From: an uncultured Bacilli bacterium
GTDB taxonomy: Bacteria; Bacillota_I; Bacilli_A; RF39; UBA660
NCBI GenBank assembly: GCA_947629265.1
Contig: CANRCZ010000004.1
Span: forward strand, 1 to 60,146
Direction: 5' to 3'
DNA length: 60,146 nucleotides
Below are positions 1 to 7,491 of this stretch, piece after piece. The notes below the pieces were generated by a model. It was not told the origin of the DNA. It was given only the letters and a program-made list of their open reading frames with translations, and ran no database searches. The translations under genes and the position numbers were made by a program. Within the stretch, counting starts at the first letter, position 1, and every line of letters starts with the position of its first letter.

Positions 1-171
1 AATATTTATTCAAACAAAGTTCACCTTTGTTTGTTATCCATATTATAAATCGGTGACATTTTAACTAATGATTAACATTTTTTATGATGAATTTCTTCTT
101 GTTGTGCAACTTTTTGATAGTAATTAATTAAAAAAGAATATTTTATTTTTTTAAACTATCATGATCTTTAT

Positions 172-249
172 ATGATTTTATGCATAATTAGTAATTGCAC
201 CACATTTATTGTGCTTTGCATTATCATAGTCCTTAAAGATAAGGACTAG
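172..249 (+). CDS. Truncated copy of the small hydrophobic peptide (25 aa, MILCIISNCTTFIVLCIIIVLKDKD); no Shine-Dalgarno, possibly a remnant
   Basis: It shares the ATGATTTTA head and the AATTAGTAATTGC core with the 337 copy. It shares the IVLKDKD-stop tail plus terminator with the 721 copy. The AGAGGTGA ribosome-binding site seen in the other two copies is absent. Confidence 0.25.
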   Translation: MILCIISNCTTFIVLCIIIVLKDKD

Positions 250-259
250 CTTAAACGAG

Positions 260-290
260 AAAACACCGAATCAACTTAAAACGGTGTTTT
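260..290. terminator. Bidirectional rho-independent-type hairpin (AAAACACCG / CGGTGTTTT, 13-nt loop)
   Basis: 9-bp stem flanked by an A-run on the 5' side and a T-run on the 3' side. It lies directly after the stop of the 172-249 ORF, and a second copy is at 832-862. Confidence 0.6.
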
Positions 291-336
291 ACTCTATTCT
301 GTTCATCTTCTGATGATAAAAAAAGAGGTGATTTCT

Positions 337-438
337 ATGATTTTAAAAATTATAGAAATGATAAATTCCATTGGAATTAGTAATTGCTTTGCACTAATCG
401 TCTACGCCTTAACTTTAGTTCTTAAAAACAACACCTAA
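337..438 (+). CDS. 33-aa hydrophobic peptide MILKIIEMINSIGISNCFALIVYALTLVLKNNT (candidate type I toxin-like membrane peptide)
   Basis: Shine-Dalgarno AGAGGTGA ends 6 nt upstream of the ATG. There is a single predicted transmembrane stretch with a polar tail, and a paralogous copy at 721. No plus-strand promoter is visible because the upstream sequence is the 260-290 terminator. Confidence 0.45.
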   Translation: MILKIIEMINSIGISNCFALIVYALTLVLKNNT

Positions 439-494
439 CATGTGAATATCAAGTGTACCTCTTTTCTATCTTATGGAATCTCTTCCATACATAT

Positions 495-523
495 ATAATA
501 CCATAAAAAAGTTGCTTAGTCAA
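495..523 (-). promoter_or_regulatory. Consensus sigma-A-type promoter convergent on the small ORF (candidate antisense RNA promoter)
   Basis: On the minus strand: TTGACT (518-523), a 17-nt spacer, then TATTAT (495-500). The predicted start is near 488, at the hairpin ATGGAAGAGATTCCAT (472-487). Transcription would run antisense through 337-438 toward the 260-290 hairpin. Confidence 0.55.
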
Positions 524-613
524 TTTTCTATGATGAATTTCTTCTTTTTATGCAACTAACTATATATTTTTATATTATATTTAATAAAATATTATTAAAT
601 TTTTTCTTAAGTA

Positions 614-642
614 TTGACTTATCTAACGATATATTGTATATT
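614..642 (+). promoter_or_regulatory. Promoter for the 721 small-ORF cassette
   Basis: TTGACT (614-619), a 17-nt spacer, then TATATT (637-642). This leaves a leader of about 70 nt containing the hairpin TCATCA-TT-TGATGA just before the AGAGGTGA ribosome-binding site. Confidence 0.5.
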
Positions 643-720
643 ACAAGTGAGATACATACGATAGTTAGGTGTTTTACTCTATTCTATTCATCATTTGATG
701 ATAGAAAAGAGGTGATTTCT

Positions 721-823
721 ATGATTTTAAAAATTATAGAAAGGATAAATTCTGATGGAATTAATAATAGCTTTTGCTTTTATTGTGCTATGCACTATCA
801 TAGTTCTTAAAGATAAGGACTAA
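721..823 (+). pseudogene. Frameshifted copy of the 33-aa peptide gene
   Basis: Read from the ATG it gives MILKIIERINSDGINNSFCFYCAMHYHSS, stopping at 808-810. Skipping one A in AATAATAGC restores MILKIIERINSDGINN-AFAFIVLCTIIVLKDKD, stopping at 821-823. The restored peptide is 33 aa and colinear with the 337 copy. Confidence 0.45.
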
Positions 824-831
824 CTTAAACG

Positions 832-862
832 AAAACACCGAATCAACTTGAAACGGTGTTTT
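832..862. terminator. Second copy of the bidirectional hairpin terminator
   Basis: AAAACACCG (832-840) pairs with CGGTGTTTT (854-862). It sits between the 721 ORF and the convergent promoter at 952-980. Confidence 0.6.
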
Positions 863-951
863 CCCGAATTTTTAGATTAGAGAAAACACCTAACATGTGA
901 ATATCAAATGTATCTCTTTTTTATTTTATGGAATTTCTTCCATCTGTATAC

Positions 952-980
952 ATAATACCATAAAAAAGTTGCTTAGTCAA
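952..980 (-). promoter_or_regulatory. Second copy of the convergent consensus promoter (candidate antisense RNA)
   Basis: On the minus strand: TTGACT (975-980), a 17-nt spacer identical to the first copy, then TATTAT (952-957). A transcript from here would end at the 832-862 hairpin, giving roughly 85-110 nt. Confidence 0.55.
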
Positions 981-1124
981 CTTTTTTATAATGCTACTCG
1001 TTATACATTTTCAACCAGGATTATTTATTACTCGCACCACCTGGAAGCGAGAAACATTTTCACACTTTTATATATACAATACAAATATACCATAATTGAT
1101 ATATTAAATCAATACTTTTGATAG

Positions 1125-1943
1125 CTAAAACAGATTATTAAAACTATTTGGCACTTTAGCTTCAAACAACATTTTTTTATGTGTTTTAGGATTGATTATT
1201 TCTAATTTGTTAGCATGTAACCCTAATCTATGAATAGGATTTGAACTAGATAAATACTTTTTATCCCCTATTATTGGATGATTTAAAGCTTTCATATGAA
1301 CTCTAATTTGATTTTTTCTACCAGTTTTTAAGTTTATTTTAAGTAATGAATAATCATTATTTTCTTTAACTACTTGATATTCAGTAATAGCTTCTTTCCC
1401 ATTTTTATCAACGTATACAAAACCATTTTTGTTTTCTTTTAATTTATAATCAATAATTCCTTGCTTATTTTTTAAATGACCACATACAATAGCATAATAT
1501 TCTCTTGTTAAAACTAAATCATTCCAATGTTCTTGATAAAGTTTTTGAATAATAGAATTTTTAGCGAACATTATAACACCTGATGTATCTCTATCTAGTC
1601 TATGAATAATAAAAACCTTATGTTTTTGTTTTTTTAAGTATTCTGACACTTGATAATATAAATTATTAGTAGGATGGTTCTTATCAGCGATAGTACTAAT
1701 CCCCTCTTTTTTATTTATAACGATAATATCTTTATCTTCATAAATTATATCTAAATTGTTAACTTTTTTGATAATTTCTACTGTATCATCAACATTTAAT
1801 TGATAATCAAATGCTGTTACAATATTCCCATTTACTAATACTTGTCCACTTTTTAAAATATTTTTAACTGCATTTTTTGATTTATTAATATTATTATATA
1901 GGAAATTTAATAATTGATTCTTTTCTTCTACTTTATATTTCAC
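1125..1943 (-). CDS. RluA-family pseudouridine synthase with an N-terminal S4-like domain
   Basis: Catalytic motif HRLDRDTSGVIMFAK, plus KNQIRVH and a C-terminal GDKKY..RLGLHA pattern. Confidence 0.85.
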   Translation of the reverse strand: MKYKVEEKNQLLNFLYNNINKSKNAVKNILKSGQVLVNGNIVTAFDYQLNVDDTVEIIKKVNNLDIIYEDKDIIVINKKEGISTIADKNHPTNNLYYQVSEYLKKQKHKVFIIHRLDRDTSGVIMFAKNSIIQKLYQEHWNDLVLTREYYAIVCGHLKNKQGIIDYKLKENKNGFVYVDKNGKEAITEYQVVKENNDYSLLKINLKTGRKNQIRVHMKALNHPIIGDKKYLSSSNPIHRLGLHANKLEIINPKTHKKMLFEAKVPNSFNNLF

Positions 1944-2011
1944 TTTGGATTTATCCCTTTCTTTATCATCATTTTAGCATTTATTAGTTAAAATTTCAAA
2001 TATTTAACAAC

Positions 2012-2034
2012 TAAAAAAGGATCCTAAGATCCTT
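2012..2034 (-). terminator. Rho-independent terminator overlapping the stop codon of the Cys-rich gene
   Basis: The minus strand reads AAAGGATC-TTAG-GATCCTTT followed by further T residues, giving an 8-bp stem. The TAG stop lies in the loop. Confidence 0.7.
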
Positions 2035-5000
2035 TACATGTTGAGAAGCTTCCTGTTGAATAACATTTACTATCACCTTGTAAACCATAGCTTGTATTAT
2101 GTACGAATGAACTTATACAATTTCTACCACCTTTAGCTTTACAAGTTAAGTTAAAGTCTGCATAATCATGTGATTTATTATATTTTCTTATCTCTTTTAT
2201 TGTCTTAGTTGTCAACTTAAAGTGATACATAACGTTATTTTTATTATAAATTTTATTTGTCTCAACACGACGGTTGTTTGTTATATAATTTCTTACAGTT
2301 TCAGCATCATCCCAGTTAAATCCTGGATCTCTACCATCACCTGATTTACCAGGGAATGGATCTTCCAGATCGATTACACGATAAATTATATTATTTCCAC
2401 CGTTTCCATTTCCAGGATCTCCTCCTGTAGTACCCGGACCTGAACCTGGACAATCAGGATCTTTGCTTGGGTCACAATCTGATGTATTACAATATAAATT
2501 TTGGACTTTTTTCAAAACTGTATCGCTAAATGTAACATTGTTTTTAGCTATATAGCTAGCTATCAAAGTATTTATCTTTTGTCCACTATTAGTTGTATTT
2601 TTAGGACATGCATAAACATTACATTTAAGCATCTTACAACTATAGTTACTTTCACATGTTGGTGTCAATAATGCTTGCCCTTGGAAATCAGTTCCTGATG
2701 GACATGCTTTAAGGTCAGTTCCACAATATTGAGCTTGAGCTTGTGAACAAGTTTTTCCTTTTGCCACATAATCTGTTAGATCTTTTCCGCAATATTTTGT
2801 TCCCTCTGGACATTCACAAGGCGCTATATTACAGAATTTCTTTTTAGCTTGTAAACAAGTATACTTTTTATTGTCACATCCACCTGTTAAACAGTCTGTT
2901 AAATCTTTTCCATAATTTGCAGTTGATGGATCATCACAAGAGCAAGTTGGAACTTGAACATTATCTATTTTATATTTACAAGTGTATGATACTAACTTAT
3001 TTTTAGCAAATTGCTTATTTGAGAAACCACCTACATTACTATACTGAATTCCATATGTATACTCACCTTGAGCTGCGTCGTCAGCTATTGGTAAGTTACC
3101 ATATCCAACATCAATATAGTTACTACCAGTTGGCTTATTACTTGTTGATATATTTGTTCCTGTATTATTATCTTTAACTACATATCTATAGAAATTTTGT
3201 GGTATCTTATATTTTACTACTTGTGTTATTTTAAATGAATTAGATGTGAGAGATTGATCATCATCAAATTTAATTTTATCCATTGTATAGTTTTTATTAT
3301 CATATCCGTTATAATAACGGGTAAGTTTTTGCTTAGTACCATATTTTTTATCACTGTAATTTACATAAAAGTCGCCTTTTAAATCATACAACTCTTGTGG
3401 ATGACTGCTATAATACTTAATCTGTGATTGAGTATTTCTTATATCAGAGTGGACGTTATCCCAATAAATTTTCTTGGAACAACAATACGAGCATCCCCAT
3501 CGATCGCAATGACACTTATAAACAGAATAGCAAGGATCCGTATTATCGTCTACTATTTCTGAATAATCGATTGTAGCTACACAAGTAGCACTACCGTTTA
3601 AAGTAAGAGGATATGTGTTTGATCTTTTACTATTTTCAAAAGTAGGCCACTCCAATTTTGAACCACGATAAACATTATTCATATATTTGTTTGGTAACGT
3701 TAATGTTACTTTTTCTGAGCAAGATATTGAACCGTAGCTTCCTACATTCTTACGTAAATATTTACTTGTTGAACCATTAACTGAGGTTGTTCCTCTTTCC
3801 TGAATTGTTGAAGCAATCAATGTACTTGCACCGGCCCCTTGATCATAAATTGTTTCTGAACTAGCATTACAATCTGCAACTTTTTCTACAGGGGCAGGTG
3901 GATCTGGTTTTACACATTCTGGATGGATCTCATTAAAATATTTTTTAAATTTTGATTTCGACATACTTTTTCCTGGATTTAGTTTTTTATATTCTGCAAT
4001 ATAATTTTCTAAATTAGTTTTGCTTTGATTTGGTGCTATATAGTCTAAATCGCAACAATTTTCACCATTTGGTCCACTACCTTTTTTAGAGGTTGGAGTT
4101 GAACTCCCGCTTCTATTTTTTTTAAAATAATCGGTATCGTTGTATTTACATACTTTTGGTGTTGGTATGTCATCATCATCCCAGAATTTGATAATATTAT
4201 ATCCTTGACCATTTTTAAATTTTTTAAGTGCATTTCTTGAACTTTTAGCATTTCCTGTTAGATTATCATGTGTTCCACCTTGGTTACATGTAGTGCTGCT
4301 TCCATAAGATTTTCCTGCTGTAAATCCGCCAAATTTATCATCTTTTTTCTCCAAATATAGAAGGTTAGCAATTTCACACCAACGATCACCATTTGTTAAA
4401 TCTTTACCAGAAGCAGCGATTGCTTTAGCTGTATAATAAACTATTTTATTATCTTTTGGACCAGTCCAGAAAGAATAAACTGGCTCAACAACAATTCTAT
4501 ATCTTCGCTTAATATCTTTACACTTTTCTTCACTACTGCCATCACTACCAAATGATACGCTACACTCTTGACCAGCTACCTCATTAATCAAAAATGCTGA
4601 AAGTTCACTTATTTTATCATCTTTAGGAACAGGGAAATTTTCACTCTTCTTTATTTTCATTCTCTGAAAAAGATCAAGAGAATTTTGAGATAAATGTCCA
4701 TTCTTAGTTACAAAGTGGCTTTGTATACCATCAGGATTTATATTATGACCACTTGCATACCAAATTTTACCACTATCTGGATCTTTTCCATTAATCAGTC
4801 TTTTTTCACTTACTATATTTTTATCAGTTTTTACGTTTCCATTTTTATCTAGGTATTTAACCTCATCTATTGAATACGATGTATTACTCATAAAATATAC
4901 AGACTTTCCTACTTGTGTATACTTATTATTACCAGATTTTGATGGATCATATCTCATTAAAGTAAACCTTACTGAGGCATGATTTTTATTATTATATACA

Positions 5001-5176
5001 CAGAGTGTTGATGTAGTGGTCCAATTAGGACATATACTAGAACTTCCGGGAGCTGACATACCAGTTCCGTTACCACTAGCACCAGGACGACCAGTTGTTG
5101 CCCTTACTCCAGTTACATTAAATAACAATGTTAATAAAATACATATAATTGATATTAATAAACTATTCTTCTTCAT
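2024..5176 (-). CDS. Secreted Cys-rich protein (1050 aa), family unknown
   Basis: N-terminal signal peptide MKKNSLLISIICILLTLLFNVTGVRA. I counted about 44 Cys by hand, with a dense cluster around aa 725-885 containing repeated C..G.KYCGKDLTD..-type motifs. A Gly-rich linker (PGSGPGTTGGDPGNGNGGNN) precedes a C-terminal domain starting IIYRVIDLEDPFPGKSGDGRDPGFNW. There is no LPXTG motif or C-terminal transmembrane segment. Confidence 0.85.
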   Translation of the reverse strand: MKKNSLLISIICILLTLLFNVTGVRATTGRPGASGNGTGMSAPGSSSICPNWTTTSTLCVYNNKNHASVRFTLMRYDPSKSGNNKYTQVGKSVYFMSNTSYSIDEVKYLDKNGNVKTDKNIVSEKRLINGKDPDSGKIWYASGHNINPDGIQSHFVTKNGHLSQNSLDLFQRMKIKKSENFPVPKDDKISELSAFLINEVAGQECSVSFGSDGSSEEKCKDIKRRYRIVVEPVYSFWTGPKDNKIVYYTAKAIAASGKDLTNGDRWCEIANLLYLEKKDDKFGGFTAGKSYGSSTTCNQGGTHDNLTGNAKSSRNALKKFKNGQGYNIIKFWDDDDIPTPKVCKYNDTDYFKKNRSGSSTPTSKKGSGPNGENCCDLDYIAPNQSKTNLENYIAEYKKLNPGKSMSKSKFKKYFNEIHPECVKPDPPAPVEKVADCNASSETIYDQGAGASTLIASTIQERGTTSVNGSTSKYLRKNVGSYGSISCSEKVTLTLPNKYMNNVYRGSKLEWPTFENSKRSNTYPLTLNGSATCVATIDYSEIVDDNTDPCYSVYKCHCDRWGCSYCCSKKIYWDNVHSDIRNTQSQIKYYSSHPQELYDLKGDFYVNYSDKKYGTKQKLTRYYNGYDNKNYTMDKIKFDDDQSLTSNSFKITQVVKYKIPQNFYRYVVKDNNTGTNISTSNKPTGSNYIDVGYGNLPIADDAAQGEYTYGIQYSNVGGFSNKQFAKNKLVSYTCKYKIDNVQVPTCSCDDPSTANYGKDLTDCLTGGCDNKKYTCLQAKKKFCNIAPCECPEGTKYCGKDLTDYVAKGKTCSQAQAQYCGTDLKACPSGTDFQGQALLTPTCESNYSCKMLKCNVYACPKNTTNSGQKINTLIASYIAKNNVTFSDTVLKKVQNLYCNTSDCDPSKDPDCPGSGPGTTGGDPGNGNGGNNIIYRVIDLEDPFPGKSGDGRDPGFNWDDAETVRNYITNNRRVETNKIYNKNNVMYHFKLTTKTIKEIRKYNKSHDYADFNLTCKAKGGRNCISSFVHNTSYGLQGDSKCYSTGSFSTCKGS

Positions 5177-5235
5177 TTATATCACCACTGTATACTTTCT
5201 ATCTATATCTATAAACATTTTACTATATTTTTAAA

Positions 5236-5263
5236 ATAAAAAAAAGATTTTTTTATCTTTTTT
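5236..5263. terminator. Weak AT-rich hairpin between the array and the Cys-rich gene (possible leaky terminator)
   Basis: AAAAGAT-TTTTTT-ATCTTTT flanked by A and T runs, with only one G:C pair in the stem. Confidence 0.3.
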
Positions 5264-5315
5264 CATAATTTTTTTGATTTTATTTTATAATATAACTATT
5301 TTTAAGCTTTTTATA

Positions 5316-6383
5316 CTATAAATATTTTAATAATTTTTTCATTTCTTTTTTCTTATTATTGATTAATGATACCTCTTCTTGAGTAAAATTATTTTGATTT
5401 ACTACCTTTTCTTTTTCCATAAAAGTTAAAGTATCCCAAATAATTACATAGCTACCGATTAACTCTCTTCTTTGATATAATGTAGAATTCAAATCGATTA
5501 ATTTGTTTTGATAAAATTTTAAACTTATTAAAATACAGTCTTTGATATCTTTTTCATTAAATTGGTATTTACTTATTTTTTCAATTCTTTTTAAACTATT
5601 TTTTTCAAATGCAACGTCTAACTTTTGTAATTCTTTAATAGCTTGTAAATATGCTGATATAGCCCTTTTAAACTCTTCTTTTTCTTGTTTTAAATTATTA
5701 TTTATGATAGCTTTTACAATAATATCAACTATCTTATCATTATCTAAGGTATCTAAATCATTTAGTTTTTGTATGGTGTCATTATATATTTTATCTAACC
5801 AGCTATTTCGAGTACTAACATTTTGTTTAAAACATGCAAATTGAACGATCTCTTTTATATCGTCATCAAGGTTTAAATCTTCAAAACCTAAATATTTTAA
5901 AATTTGTTGTTTAGATATATTATTACTTGATAATTTAGATGATACTTTGATATTCTTGATAGTTTCTTTAGCTTTATTATACCCTACTTGGTATTTTGGA
6001 TCATTATTTAAAACATATATTATTTTTTCTTTATTATTGGCCCAAAATTGTTGAATGGTACTACCATTTTTAAATTTATTTTTTAAATCGTTTTTTTGAG
6101 GTAGATAACCACTATTTAATAGATTAATGTATTCATCTATCTTTTCATTATATGAGGTAGTTCTTGATTTTTTATTTCTGATTATCTCTTTAGCAGTTTC
6201 ATATCCTACCTCATATTTGGGGTTATTAAATAATTCATTTATTATTTTATCTTTATTGTTTGACCAAAATTGTTGAATGATATTACCATTTTTAAACTTG
6301 GTTTTTACGTCACAACTTTTGGGTATATAACCAGTATTTAATAGATCGATATATTCTTCTATTTTAGCATCTATATTTTTCAT
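5316..6383 (-). CDS. Array paralog 9 (355 aa): 2 repeats plus the most diverged C-terminal module
   Basis: Repeat cores EEYIDLLNTGYIPKS and DEYINLLNSGYLPQK. Shine-Dalgarno GGAGGT lies 4 nt upstream of the ATG. No signal peptide. Confidence 0.9.
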   Translation of the reverse strand: MKNIDAKIEEYIDLLNTGYIPKSCDVKTKFKNGNIIQQFWSNNKDKIINELFNNPKYEVGYETAKEIIRNKKSRTTSYNEKIDEYINLLNSGYLPQKNDLKNKFKNGSTIQQFWANNKEKIIYVLNNDPKYQVGYNKAKETIKNIKVSSKLSSNNISKQQILKYLGFEDLNLDDDIKEIVQFACFKQNVSTRNSWLDKIYNDTIQKLNDLDTLDNDKIVDIIVKAIINNNLKQEKEEFKRAISAYLQAIKELQKLDVAFEKNSLKRIEKISKYQFNEKDIKDCILISLKFYQNKLIDLNSTLYQRRELIGSYVIIWDTLTFMEKEKVVNQNNFTQEEVSLINNKKKEMKKLLKYL

Positions 6384-6393
6384 GGTTACCTCC

Positions 6394-7479
6394 TTACATC
6401 ATTTTTTTTAATACTTTGATTTCTTCTTGTTTTTCATTAATTAATGATATTTCTTCTATAGTAAAATTATTTTGTTTTATTATATTTTCTTTTTCTAAAT
6501 CAGTTAATTCATCCCAATCGATAATGTAACTACTGATTAATTTTCTTCTTTTATATAGATCAGTTGTTGGTTCGATCAATTTTTCTTGATTAAATTCTAA
6601 GCTTATCAAAACACATTCTTCAATATCAAATTCATCAAAATTATATTTTTTGATTTTTTCAAATTTTTTTTGGTTATCTTCTTCAAAGGCAATATCTAGT
6701 TTTTGTAATTCTTTAACTTTGTTTAAATAAGACAAGATAGCATCTTTAAATTCTTTTCTTTCTTCTTTTTCTAGACAATTAGTGATAATATCATAACTGA
6801 TAATATCGGCAATTTTAGCTTCATCTAAAGTATCTAAGATATCTAATTTTTTTAAGGTATTGATATATGTCTCTTTGATCCACTTATTTTGTTTACTGAC
6901 ATGTTGGTTAAAGCATTCGTTTTTAATAATACTTTTTAAGGAATGATGTGGTCCTTGTTTGATTTCTATACCTAAGTATTTTAAGATTTGATCTTTAGCG
7001 ATTTTAGTATTATTAATAGAGCTGTAGCTTACCTTTATTTTAGCTAAGGTATCTTTAGCGATATCGTAACCTTTTTGATATTTAGGATTATTATATAGTT
7101 CGTAAACTATCTTTTCTTTATTGTTTAACCAAAAATATTTGATTTTATCACCATTAGTGAAATAATTTACTTTATCGATAACTTTTGGTACGTAACCACT
7201 ATTCATTAGTTCAATATATTCATCTACTTTTTTTAAGTATTCGATCTGTCTTCTAGGTTTAATTTTAACAGATTGAACGATTTCTTTAGCGGTGTCATAG
7301 CCTACTTTATATTTTGGATCGTTATTTAATTTATTGATAATTCTTTCTTTATTGTTTGCCCAAAAATGATTAACTGATTCGCCATTTTTAAAGACGATCT
7401 CTCTATCTTTATGTCTTGGAATATAACCACTATTTAATAGTTCGATATATTCGTCTACTTTGATATATTTTTCTTGCAT
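6394..7479 (-). CDS. Array paralog 8 (361 aa): 2 repeats plus C-terminal module
   Basis: Repeat cores DEYIELLNSGYIPRH and DEYIELMNSGYVPKV. The spacer to the upstream gene is 12 nt and contains AGAGGC. Confidence 0.9.
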   Translation of the reverse strand: MQEKYIKVDEYIELLNSGYIPRHKDREIVFKNGESVNHFWANNKERIINKLNNDPKYKVGYDTAKEIVQSVKIKPRRQIEYLKKVDEYIELMNSGYVPKVIDKVNYFTNGDKIKYFWLNNKEKIVYELYNNPKYQKGYDIAKDTLAKIKVSYSSINNTKIAKDQILKYLGIEIKQGPHHSLKSIIKNECFNQHVSKQNKWIKETYINTLKKLDILDTLDEAKIADIISYDIITNCLEKEERKEFKDAILSYLNKVKELQKLDIAFEEDNQKKFEKIKKYNFDEFDIEECVLISLEFNQEKLIEPTTDLYKRRKLISSYIIDWDELTDLEKENIIKQNNFTIEEISLINEKQEEIKVLKKMM

Positions 7480-7491
7480 ACTAACGCCTCT

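Larger units (their letters stand above)
60..1000. repeat. Mosaic of three related small-ORF cassettes built from shared sequence blocks
   Basis: Four blocks recur. ORF head ATGATTTTA at 172, 337 and 721. ORF tail GTTCTTAAAGATAAGGACTA(G/A) at about 230-249 and 804-823. Hairpin AAAACACCG-N13-CGGTGTTTT at 260-290 and 832-862. Block ACACCTAACATGTGAATATCAA...ATACCATAAAAAAGTTGCTTAGTCAA at 431-523 and 886-980. TATGATGAATTTCTTCTT also occurs at about 83 and 528. Confidence 0.75.

Noticed and set aside
550-1121. ORF-track proteins 550-810 (86 aa) and 897-1121 (74 aa).
   Set aside because: Both run across promoter, leader, terminator and repeat blocks of the small-ORF cassettes. They have no ribosome-binding site at their starts, and their translations are low-complexity. 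Only the last 29 codons of the first one, starting at the ATG at 721 with its AGAGGTGA ribosome-binding site, look like a real though frameshifted small gene.
4045-5234. Nested or antisense ORFs at 4045-4251 (minus) and 5016-5234 (plus) within the Cys-rich gene.
   Set aside because: They lie in alternative frames or on the opposite strand of a well-supported 1050-aa CDS, and they have no independent translation signals.
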